In this document: positions 49,498 to 61,400 of the stretch, in pieces
How the letters are laid out: each line of letters begins with the position of its first letter
Position numbering within the stretch: the stretch's first letter is position 1
From: Phoronis australis
Taxonomy: Eukaryota; Animalia; Phoronida
NCBI GenBank assembly: GCA_002633005.1
Contig: NMRA01000005.1
Location: 1,471,635-1,535,634, forward strand
Direction of reading: 5' to 3'
DNA: 64,000 nucleotides
Position numbers and translations under genes: made by a program
The notes under the pieces: model-generated
What the model was told of the DNA's origin: nothing
Database searches by the model: none
The model's input: only the letters and a program-made list of their open reading frames with translations

Positions 49498-52400
49498 GGC
49501 CATTCTGGTTAATGTAGGTCAGTTGACCTGCCTATTTTTAACACTGCAAGTGCCAAAAATTAAAAGAGGGGGTGATTTGCGATAGGATAGTGGTTGGCAC
49601 AAGAGACAGTGGTCTTTCTGAACGGCTACAGTTAAACAGTGAACTTATACGAGGCAGGTGTAGCGCTAGTGAGACAGAAAGAGTCGGTGAAAAAGCAACA
49701 AACAGTTGTACGAGATTCTGCTAGCCAACAGGTAGATGCAGTTGGTCGTACATCTAAGGTATCTAATTGTAGAGTGCACAAGTCTGACAAGAAACAGAAC
49801 TAATCAAATACAGCGAACTCCATGTCAAAAGTATGGAAACCTTCATGGAAATATTCTTCAGCTCATAACACAGTTTGCTTTAAATGCAAGAATCGTGGAC
49901 AATTTGCTAAGTTATGTCCAGTACAGGTACATGAAGTCAATGCAGCCGACACCGATCACTACCTTTTTAGGGGTTGTGAGTACTGCTACCCCTAAATCGT
50001 GCTTCGTCAATGTTCTGATGTTTTCAAAAAAGTCCATTCATTATAAAAGTGACTTTGGCGCTGATGTAACGACCATCACTGCGCAGGACCACAGAAATCT
50101 CGGTAATCCCAAGTTAAAACTTCCAGACAGACAGTTGTTCAGTGCCAGTGCTGCTGAAGTGGAGACTGTTGGAATGTTCACGACAACTTTGAAAGAGAAA
50201 GGCAAGAGCTAAAGATCACTTGTGTATGTAGTGCGTAATGTTGTTCAACCGCTGCTCAGTAGAGATGCTAGTACTCATCTTGGGATTTTCAAGTTTGTTG
50301 GGTTTGTGTCAGTAAGCAGAGATTTCATCGCTTATTCTCGGGATTAGGTAAGATGAATGGAGAGTGTACCATCTGTCTACAACCAGATGCTGTGTTCCGT
50401 ATGCAGTAACTTCAGCTCGTCGAGTTACTTTTCCTTTAGTCGATAAGGTCAAGGACGAATTGCGCAAAATGCCGGGAAGACGCGGAGTTATTTCGAAAGG
50501 CGAATAACTGATTGGTGTTCTCCATTAGTTTATTCCAAAAACAACTCTGGAGGGGACAGTTCGTGGTGTAAGAGTGTGTGTTGACTTTACGCATCTCAAC
50601 AAGTACTTACTGCGTGAAAGGCACCAGTTGCCTTGCACAACAGAGATACTACCAAATATTAGTGAAGCCAAAGTTTTCTCTAAACTGATCAAAATTTTGG
50701 TTATTGGCAAGTTCCTTTATCAGAACCGCCTCGCTTGTTGACAACATTTTTGTCACAGCATGGCCCTCGATACCGTTTGGGAGTTTCGAGCGCGCATCGT
50801 GTACTGGGTATACTGGGAAGCATTCCAGGAGCCGTTTGTCAAATGAACGATGTTCTTATATTTGGTAGCAATCAAAGCGACCATGATGAGAGATTCAACA
50901 ACATGTTTCAACGACTGAAACAAGCCGTGTTACTTTGAACGTGGTAAAATGTGTTTTTGAAGAAGTCGATCCCGTTTGTTGGTCAAATTATAGGCTCTAC
51001 CGGTATAAAACCTGATCCACGTAAGTTTCAGGCAGTTGTGAATTTGTCACCGCTATCGAATGTCAGTGATATGCGTCGTTTTATGGGTATGGGGAATCAG
51101 TTCGGAAAATTTTCATCAAATATTGGTGAACTGTCTAAGCCTATTCCGGTGACCTATTGAAACGAAATCATGTGGGATATGGGATTCAGTACAGAAGCGA
51201 GTCTTTGATGCTCTGAAACGTGCGTTAAATGCTGTTCCAGTGTTAGCATTGTACGACCCCAGTGTGGATACGATTGTGTCTGCCGATGCCTCTTTGTATG
51301 ATCTGGGAGCGGTATTGCTACAGCGGAAACGGCTTTCAGCTGCTGTCCACGGTTGCTCATGCTTCACGTGCAATGACCTCCACAGAACAACGACACGTCC
51401 TCGCAGTCACATGGGCTTGTGAACACTGCGGAATTTATCATTAGAAAGCATTTGGTATTGAAACGGACCATAAGCCATTGGTGGCCACACTGGTTGAAAT
51501 CGATATCGGAGTTATTTCCCCGCCTTCAGAGATTTTGTTTGCAAATGATGCGTTTTGACTCTATGATCACGTATGTTCCAGGCAAAAACATGTATATGGC
51601 TGATGTTCTTTCCCGTGCATTTACATGTACATGGCATCCTCTTGTTCAGGATGAGGAAGAATTGTTTCAACAGGTGGAACAATGTTTGAGATCAGTAGTC
51701 GACAATCTACCAGACTCAGACTCGGACAAACGGATTGCTGAGATTCGTGACTGGGTGCAGTCTGACCCAGTTTTGCAAACAATTGCAACTTATTGCCAGA
51801 ACGGCTGGCCAGAAGCTGAGAATCCTGGTGTTGGGATTGTTACTAAACCTTATTGGCAAGTTCCTGAGGAACTCTCGTTTAGTAGCAAATTCCTGTTTGG
51901 TGGCGACCGATTTGTCGTAGCTGTTAATTTGAATTCTGAGAGACTTTACAACGTCTTCATGAAGGTCAATCGTTAAATGTCGTGAGCGTGCCAAAAGTTC
52001 CGTGTGGTGTCCAGAAATTATCATTGATATTGAACAATTCATTCGTAATTGTGAGTCGTGTGCAAGGTAAAATATGGATCAGGCAGAACTCCTGATCCTA
52101 ACAGTATTTCTAACCTATCTACTGCAAAAGTTAGGATTTGTTCCACTATAACAGTGAGGAATACTTGCTTGTTGTAGATTAATTTTCACGCTATGTTGAG
52201 ATCGCTCATCTGGAAAACACGAGTTCTCGTTGCGTTACTTCACACTTGCGTTCTACCTTTGCTAAACTTGGCATATCATAGCAGCTAGTCAGTATGCTAG
52301 TTCCCAGGTTACAGCATTTGCTTCAGAATATGGATTCACTCATCACAAAAGCAGCCCTAGATACCCACTAGGAAACGCGGAAAGAGCACTGCAGACTGTC

Positions 52401-52707
52401 AAGCGGGTTTTTAGAAGTGGGAAAGACCTTACCTTGCTGTTCTCGCCTGTCGTTCGACGCCATTATCGAACGGATTTAACCCAGCAGAATTGTTGATGGG
52501 AAGGAAGCTGCAAACGAAGCTTACCGAAAACCCAGCGAACTATGTGCCGCGATGGGACAGTTACGATAACGTTGTTACTATTGAGAGGGATAGCAAGGTG
52601 AACCAACAAAAGCACTATGACCGGCGTAACAAAGCTCGACAATTGTAGAGAGAGGTGGCCCTGTGTGGGACAAGGTTTCACGGAAGGCTTGTGTAATCAA
52701 AGACCAA

Positions 52708-53158
52708 CAACCGATTTCATAAAGGTGGTTAAACAAAACCAGGTTTAAGAGTTAAACGGTCTTCCTAAACCTGGTTCAAATTTCGACCTAACTTGCATTT
52801 CGCAAACGTGGTTTAAAAGTCCGAAAGCCTGGTTTTGTTAGACCAGGGAACGGGTTTAGTAAAACCAGGATTAAAGTATCCAAGGTACCCTACTGTGCTG
52901 ATCTGAATTAACCCAAAAAACAATTAAATTATTGAAATGCTTCAATGAAACCCTGACCATGTGGGTACACGTGGCACACAGTAGTAGAATCAGTGCAGAC
53001 ATGTGCGAAAAGAAGACCGTAAAGCTTTTCTCATGAAGAAAAGTGTTCCTTTCCAGAACTGATGAGAAAAAAGACAATGTTACAGAAACAAGAAAACTTG
53101 CGAGACCACTGGGTCAAAAAGTTGAGCCACCTTTACACAACTTTTATGAAATAGGCTG
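52708..53158. mobile_element. Shorter Harbinger copy of the same family, inside the Gypsy integrase C-terminus
   Basis: TIRs CAACCGATTTCATAAA and TTTATGAAATAGGCTG, TSD CAA. Body is similar to the reverse complement of 48745-49050. Removing it rejoins CVIKDQ|VSNRS in the Gypsy frame. Confidence 0.8.
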
Positions 53159-53789
53159 CAAGTCTCTAACCGCTCACTTTATAATTGAGACTCCTTTGGG
53201 TGTTGTTTGCAGCTGGACTCGTTGTCATCTCGTACCTTGTGGACAGTCATCGCTTCGGCCCGAAAAAAACACACTGATTGTGACCCCACTAGTGATGAAT
53301 AACAGATTGTCTGTTTCATGTAACAGAGATCAACATGTTACCAAGTTAGGCAGAGTTTGTAAGCCATCTGAGAGACTCATAGAGACGATGGGACTGTTGG
53401 TGTGTGGTACACCGTAGTAGAATACGTTATAACTTTGTTTGCGTTAGGTAATTAACCTTCGTTGAGAAAGGGAATGCGAACTGTTATTAGTTGTAATTGC
53501 GACCGTCAGGGTCGCTGCCTATTGCTCTAGTAAATAGTCAAGTCGTGTCCTATTTTCAACGCTCTTACTTGTGTTTGGTATGCAAATAACCCAGCATTAC
53601 CCACTTAACTAACGCAGCAAAAACAATAATAAAGGTGGGTAAAATTCACATTATTTTATTACCATGTTATGTTCTCTAGCGCAGTGCACTTTTTTTCAAC
53701 GTGAAGGTGATTATTTGAGTGGATTTGCCAAGTTTCCACTGTTCGAAGTTCACGCATGCGCGATCCTGAGATTGAGCAGAATTCCGAGT

Positions 53790-53815
53790 TCAAGCACAGC
53801 AGGAGAACTTAAATC
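53790..53815 (-). CDS. Copy C possible terminal exon (GFKFSCCA*)
   Basis: Acceptor ATTTGTAG, phase 1 compatible, 85-nt intron, minus-strand AATAAA at 53655-53660. Alternative endings exist. Confidence 0.4.
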
Positions 53816-53900
53816 CTACAAATCTATGCTTTGGGATGCGGACGCATCGCTTTTTAGTGTCCGTAAAAAGGTCAAGAACAACTGGTGAAATTTACGTTAC

Positions 53901-54039
53901 CTTTTTCCTTCAAGCCGATGCCAAAGTTTTTGTAACATTTGTACGCCAAAACAACCACCAGGACTCGTAAAATCAGAGCAAGCACAGAGCAGAAGTACGT
54001 AGACCCGTCCAGGACAATGTCACCACCTGACTGGGCACA
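53901..54039 (-). CDS. Copy C exon paralogous to copy A exon 7 (CAQSGGDIVLDGSTYFCSVLALILRVLVVVLAYKCYKNFGIGLKEK)
   Basis: Same length (139 nt), same splice sites, open frame, 26/46 aa identical to copy A. Upstream exons not found in the window. Confidence 0.85.
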
Positions 54040-55739
54040 CTGCAACATCACAGAGAAATTTCACAGACCCTTGGAAACTAAGCCCAAGGCTAGTTTCTTG
54101 CGAGTTTAGGCAAAATCACGTCACTGAAAAGCTAACTAATGTTTCGCCACCTCGCTTGCTTGCCGGCTCAGAAGCGTTTTATTGGTGAGGATAGACCGTT
54201 GAATTACAAAAGGAAATTGTATTTGGATCGTTCAGTGCGAGAAAATTATATATTAAGTTTGTTTGCATAAATCACAACGGTACGCGCTCGAGCTGGTTTA
54301 AGCATACTGATACAATACGAAAACTTTTGCGAAATGAAGAATAACTGAGCTGTGTTTAGTCATGTTTATCCATTAAAGAGTGCAACAAGACAAATACGCA
54401 TCGCTCACACAAATACAGAATAAACTTTCCGTATATCAAGTTCTTGAGGTCACGCAAGACCACGAAAAATCACGAGAGTGAAAGACGAGTGTTTCGCGAG
54501 TACATGTTACACTGTTTTACAGCGCTACGAAAGGTAGCAATGTCGAATGTTGTTTAACATGTCTTCTCATTGGTTGAAGTAACGAAACCGACGTCATAAC
54601 ATTCATCCGTTCCCATTGGTTGAAATCTGGGAAACCCTTTCAGTTTACTGGCCACATTAGACTTGCTATTTATTAAAACGGTAAGTGATTCGAAACTAAA
54701 CAAAATCAAGGGAACCCCCACCCAGTGGTTTAAGTACAGTTCACAAAGGCGTGTGCAAGTCGTTGCGACAAGATTTGTATACTTCCGACCAAGGCATAAG
54801 CGTTGATGGCCACACACGGCCCGTGTCTTTGATCATGTTTCTACAGGGCTACATTGCAGTATAGGAGGCATTGTGTCAGAGGGTACAGTACATGTGCGCT
54901 TAAGGGCTATACCAGCAGAGCCTACCCTTATATACCAGAGTCCACTGAAGTGATGGTTAGTTGGTGACCGTCACGTTGGCATGTTGAGCTATGGCATGGA
55001 ATTCTCTGTTTCCGTTCTATGAGGGAAATTTCAGCGATAACGCATACTGAGACACGGGGCTGAGGCCAAAATGGCTCAGTCAAGTGACAACGTTGTAAAG
55101 AGTACACAAAAGTAAAATCGAAAGTATGGGGCACAGTAAAACATCGTGACGTATAACATTGGAAGGAGAGTTGCCATTCTTTGTGTTCAAGGCCCAAGGT
55201 CTACCAATAGTTAACTTATATGAACGCACAGAAATGGCAAGATTTTGACTGTAGTGGACACCCATGTTGATATGTCTGACACTGATGACTTCACGCTACA
55301 CAATTTTATCGGTAAAATTCAAAAGAGGAAATCAACATTAAAACATGACAGTCAATACGCAATTTCATCACGCTGGTCACAAATGATTTGAACACCGGAA
55401 CTTTGAGCATCAATATATTGAAGTGAAAACACTATACTTGAACTTATATTTTTGGCCTGATATCACATTAAAGGATATTATTGCCCATTTATCAACTTCT
55501 AAAGAACAGATTTCTTGTAGTCAGGATTTGTATTTCAGCAGCTCCTATATGTTCTGGCCCTAACCAGAGGGGTTTGGGGGGGTAGGGTTCGATTGCAGAA
55601 AAGGTCCAGCCCTATCCTATCTGTTTAAGATAAGATCGATTGACAACAACAAGTGTTCCAGCTACTGGTACTACTAACAACAGTGATAGCTAAGTTAGAA
55701 AGTCGATGTAAAACCGTAGTTGTTTTTATTAAAATATGC

Positions 55740-56070
55740 TGTTACTTGCTATCATGGAGATCTTTTGGAAATCTCATTAGAGATCTAGCATGGAAATATG
55801 AAGGTATTGAAACCAAGGAGTTGCGCAAACTAAAAAAACTTGCAGTCAGAGAGCAGAAGGCTAATCAAGACATCAATTTTCTTAAGAACTGGAGTGTTCC
55901 CTAAATTCTTGTGCTTTCGTTTACCCAATACATCACCTCATGATGTTCAGGCCATCAGGAAAAAGTTCTCAGGAGTGCAATCGCAAAAAGGGAAAAGAAG
56001 CAAGAAACTATACGTCGAGATAAGAACAAACTATTGGAGACACCCAAATACTTCGGAAACAAGTCGGATA
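55740..56070 (+). mobile_element. Penelope-like retroelement ORF N-terminal fragment
   Basis: ELRKLKKLAVREQKANQDINFLKN followed by VFPKFLCFRLP, resembling Penelope/Poseidon ORF starts. Confidence 0.6.
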
Positions 56071-56539
56071 TAATGTTCCCTTGTTTTGAGAATAACGCTA
56101 TCAATATGTTGTAATAACTTCAGTGCAGGTTCACTAGTTATACCTCACGGAATCAGGCTGTTAGTGTTAGCCAGATGGAACACACTAGTGACAGCAAATG
56201 TCTAGACTTGACCATGAGGCCAATACACATGTTGTTGGTCACTTTATACTTGGGAAAATGTGAATCAAACAACAGGAGAAGGACATGGTCAAAAAAAGTT
56301 GATGAATGTAACAACTGAATAACATTCCTATTATTTTGTAGATTAGATAGTGTCCATCGTCTCTAGCTGGCCCCAGTAGAGACAGTGAAGCTCTTCTGAG
56401 AGTTTCATACATTGATAGATTTTCGGAGACTTATGCCTCACACTGATTAAAACATCAAAGTCATGTTGTTTAAGTACCTCTCGCTCATAGAGGGATACCT
56501 TAGGTACCCATTGATGTCTTCAATTTCTTCCAACTCAAA

Positions 56540-58100
56540 CAAATGTAACTTTTTCTTCAATCAGTCCTTCGTTCAGTTGCCCAAATCGTCAACTGGTCAG
56601 TTTTACACTGCCCGCCCACCTATTCTTACCACGCCCGCCAGTGTGAGGCATAATTCGCCTTAAATCTTCGGCGTATGTTATTATCAGTGGATGAAACTTG
56701 TTATCCATGTCAGGGACCATTATATCCAAACAGTCATATTTTGTAATTCTGTGACTAAAGAATTTCTGCAAAAGGTTAATTAAACATATTTCCAATCTGC
56801 AGTACTAAAATTGATCAGCTTGATTAAAAATTTACAGCCGTAAGTCAACTCACTTGAACAAAGATAATTCTAGGAGGCACATAAGTCATGCTAGTAAAAA
56901 TTGAAAGCCTTTTCTATTTACGTATATTTAATTTCAGATGGTGAACTGTAATACTCCGCTGAAAAAGGCAAAGTCTAAGACATGCATATTATGTGGCAAA
57001 GTGTTATACTCTGACTATCACGCACACAGAGTTAAAAAATGCTGCAATAAAGCAGAGGTACTTGGACTTTTTTTGGACTCGTTTACATTTAATTCAACAA
57101 TGATTTGCTGGATACTAGGCCTGTGTTTATCTGCAGCTCATGCAGTCCGTTTTGCTCAAAACGATGAACTTATTCTCCAGAATTCAGCTGCAGAAATAAG
57201 CAAGAATGGATGTCAGCATTCTCATTGATCAGTCTGAAGATCGACAGAAACATGTACTTGTTTACTCGCCATCTGTTTCTAAGAACCCAACAGGAGCAAA
57301 GAGATTGTTAAATTTAAGTTAGTTGACCATGGGTATTCAGTATCTGAGGATTATCAGCAATCCAACCATTTCCTGTCAAACGTGTCTAAAGACTCAATTG
57401 AGGTACTTGATCGGAAACTGTTGTTTAAAATCAGTACATCTTTGGATGATCTTTGCAAGAAAAAAGTGTGCTTAGACTTCCCATGAGGGACCTGGATGAG
57501 AAGCTGCTTCTTTAGAAAATTGTGAAAGAAGTGGAAAATCGTCCACATGGGCTACCACTTCTGTGTGTCATTCACTTCCAATTGCTGTGACTAAGAATGA
57601 CTTCACTGTAGCCATAATATATGGGATACATGTAGATGTTTGCCAAAAAGCCTCAACTCTGTGCCGTGCAGAGGCTATTGTCTGCTGCGTGTATTCGTCA
57701 TCATGTTGACAATGGTGTATGTTTGAACATTTTTCAGATGGATTACATTTATAGCTTACAATTGTTCTTAACATATATTTTTAGTAAAGGTGACATAGTT
57801 AATGATAGCAATTAGATGGGTGATATATTGCATTAAAAATTCTCCAGATAGAGACAGCCTCCAGAACACAGAAATTATGGCTGAAATTTAATTTTTTCAT
57901 CCTGAAATTTGAGGCGTGAGTAATTTGTATAATTTCGTACTTTTCAAATTCCTAACGCTATGTTGTAGCATAGCAGGTTGCAAGAATACTCCTGTAAGTT
58001 CATAAAAGTGACTCTCATGACAAACATTTAATAAATTGTAACCATTCTCCTTGAATTTCTGACAGGCAAGTGTGTGAATTTCTAAAAGTTGGGACAAGCT
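56540..58100 (+). mobile_element. Second copy of the probable AcademH-type remnant
   Basis: Inverted similarity to 28390-29620. Extra exon-like segment 56938-57057 (TPLKKAKSKTCILCGK) bounded by TTTCAG and GTACT. Confidence 0.45.
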
Positions 58101-58434
58101 CCGACTTTGATCAAAATAATTATTCACTGTCCCAAACTAGAGAATTTTTGTGCAATTAATTTTTGAAATTCAGTGTGCAGTTAACTGTAAAACTGATGGA
58201 TGACTGTTCTTGTTTATAAGAAGATCTGCTTTAAGAAAAAAGGTTGTTAAAGTGATGACAATTTATTGTTTAGTTTTTGATCTTTAGTGATGATAGTTTA
58301 CACCAGCTTTAAAAATGTCAGTGACGAAAAGTAGAAATCATACGTGACAACAGATACCAATAGTCCATTTCAGTTAATGACTCTAAAGCAGATAATAGTG
58401 GCAGTACTCGTGTGGTTAAAGAGTCATGACATAA

Positions 58435-61400
58435 TAGTCCAGTCATTCTACGGATAACCCTGAAAAATTTGCAACAGAAGGTTTTATTGCATAAATCAAA
58501 TCCTTTCACACCCCTTAGTGGGAAAAAAGGGCTACCGGAATCGGAGTGGCGGAAGTTGGTTTTTCAAGATGGCAGACAAAATGGCAGCCGGATTTTCTGA
58601 TGCTCACTATAACTCAAGAGTGGATTGTGATAGAGTAAAAATTAAAAATGGTTTACCTATGTTTTGTGGGTCAAAAATCTATTGGAAATGGTTTTGCATG
58701 GCTGTGGTGACACCGTCTGCCATTTTCCAAGATGGCTGCCAAATTTACTTGAGTCGTACAACTTCGCACGAACAGATTAGTGTGTCGTCTTGCTTCAAAC
58801 GTCTCATCATAGGTTTTCTAGGTCGACTAATTCATTTAGATTCATTGCATTTGGCACTAATGATTACTTCCACCATTTCCAAGATGGCGGACAAAATGGC
58901 CGCCAGATTTGCAGATGATCATTATAACTCGAGAGTGGAATTTGATAGAGTAAAAATTCAAAAAGGTTTACCTATCTTTTGTGGGTCAGCAAATCCAATG
59001 GAAAAGTTTTGCATGGCTGTGGTGACACCATCAGCCATTTTCCAAGATGGCCTCCAAAACTATTCCGAATCGCACAACTTCGCACAAACAGATTAGTGCG
59101 TCTTGCTTCAAACATTGTGTCACAGGTTTTCTGGGTCGACTAATCCATTTAGACTCATTGCGTTTGGCTCTCATTACTTCCACCATTTTCTAAGATGGCC
59201 ACCAAATAGTTGCTTCGTGTAAGAACTTCAGATTCCAGAGACACGCCATATCCTGAGGTTTTTTAGGTCAGTACATCCATTACAATAATTTTTATCTGGC
59301 TCTTGATGATTAGGACAACCATTTTCAAGATGGTTAAAAGAATAACTTATTTGGGTAAAAAACATCAGGTTTGCCTGGACTGAAGGATCATTGAAAAAAT
59401 GTGCTGTATTGAAAATAACTCTCTGCAATTAATTCAGTGATCTACTGTCCACACTGTCTGTGTCACTTCCAGTAAGTTGTAAATGCTAGTCAACCTATAC
59501 ACAATCAATCAGTATTTACACAACTAATCTCTTGTCAACTGAGAATGAACTGCTGCAGCTAAAACCACGGCATTCTCCACATGCAACCGAGTACGGCAAT
59601 CCTAACTTCCTGCAAGTACATCTCTTGGAACTGCAGTTGGTCTTACACGAGCATCTCACTACTTTCAGCAGGTTCTCTGGTGCTGCTGACTGGTCCGTCG
59701 TCGTGGGAATGAATTTCCACCTGCCAGCACCAATCCCCAATACAGCGAGTCTAGGCCACGGAAACTTGACCGCTCTTGCTCTTGATAATATGTCCGCGGC
59801 CGGCACCATGGAATTTAGCTACCGAAGAAAGTTGGTGATAATGACTGTATTTGGACTGTGGTTAGTCTGACACCTCATCCACAAATCGCCTGTATCGCAA
59901 GTCATCCAAATTTCCAGAGCCAGTACCGCCACGAAGCACAGATACAATTCTTACCAGCTTCAAATATGTCTTGCTTCAGCTGCATGTGTCTAGTGAATAC
60001 TCTTACTAGAGTTTCCAGAATTCTCGATTACGCAGTTTCTTGAATGGGAGAGTCTTTGCTAATAAGGAACAGCTGTAATGTTGTGTTGCGACCACCTATT
60101 GCATGCGTAAATGGCAAAACTGCGCAAGTTTTGGCACCAAGAGACAACTGTAGTTCCTTGATGTCCCAGACTCTCCTCTTCCTTTGGTGCTTCTTGTCAA
60201 ATTACATGAACATTGGAATTTGTTGTGTTTGAAGTAGCATGGTAACACAAAAGAACCAAGTCTGTATCATCTGCAATAAGGGTAGTTGGACCTTGTGCTG
60301 CGTTCTCTACTGCTGTTTCTACAATTAAAACATCTGCGTCACCTTGAGCTTGTACCACTGTGCAACCAGCATTTCCTAGCAAACTTGAGTGAATGAATCG
60401 TTTGTTTTTGCTCTTGGCCAAAAATGTTCCTTTTTTACTTGATCACCATGTCACAATTGAAGTGAACTTCAGTTCCAACCACCCCACCCAGTCTTCGAAC
60501 ATGAGAGACATCTTTAGTTGATGGTCCATCTCAGTAACCATCAAAACCAACACTTAAGGCTGGGTGCACTTGCTGATGTAATCCACATAAGCTCTACCAA
60601 ATGACTGAAACGTTGCACCTCTAGGCCATGGAATACGGTGAAGGAGAGAATCGCTGTCGATTACATGCATCACCGTGTTTTCTGGAAATTGGAATCCTCA
60701 GGTAGTCCCCCACTAGACCCGGAGTGCATCAGCTCATATTGATTTATTAGCGACTCTGGGAAGACCAGATGTATCAAAAAGAGCAGGAGAACCAACACAC
60801 AGCTCAAACTTCAAAAGGCTTGATGAACTTTCACTGTTGTGTTTTGCAGCTGTCAGGATTCGCTGAAATAGCAATCGCGGATCCACTTGTGTAAAATTAC
60901 TATTAGCAGCATGTACTGATTGACTTGTCATTGCCACAATCTTGTCTTTCTTTCTGAATGTGAAGTCTTTCACACTTGACGCCTCAATAGACAAGTGAAC
61001 CACCTTCCTCACTTCTCTGACATTTTCGGCACTGACGCATGTGCCTGCAGTCACACCTACAGTGGCGATGTACTGTAATGTATCTCTTTAAAATGGGTTG
61101 CTGTTGTGGAGGAATTCAACAAGGCTGCGGATGTCTTTGTCGTCACGCGACTGTCTTGCCTGGGTACATTCTTTATGCTGCTGACCTGTTTCACAACTCA
61201 AGTTCGTCACAGTCTGCATGGCACCATTTATACTTGAGCATGTCGGCAAGGAAAGCACTCTGTGTATCTCCAATTTTGCAACCTGTAGTTAAACCTCCTT
61301 TTGTTTTAATATTTTTCTTGAGCTTTGTTCAATTACAAGATCATATCTCATTATGACAAGCCTGCCCAGAATCTGTCACTTTGTCTTATGGTGTGTTGGC

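Larger units (their letters stand above)
47451..53619 (+). mobile_element. Decayed full-length Ty3/Gypsy LTR retrotransposon
   Basis: LTRs 47451-47586 and 53475-53619 (TG...CA, shared AAATAACCCAGCATTACCCACTTAA). PBS TAGTGTCAGGAGTGGGAT at 47587-47604; polypurine tract 53464-53474. Gag IYERAKFNQR, RT CVDFTHLN and QMNDVLIFG, RNase H ADAS..LGAVLLQ, YVPGKNMYMADVLSR, integrase YLLVVD*FSRYVE. Many stops and frameshifts. Confidence 0.9.

Noticed and set aside
49736-52042. Long ORFs as intact host or viral genes
   Set aside because: They are frameshifted fragments of Gypsy gag-pol; the RT catalytic motif is degraded (QMND).
58518-59096. 192-aa ORF with internal repeat (KMADKMAA)
   Set aside because: It is a chance frame through the Academ TIR and its subterminal CAAGATGGC repeats.
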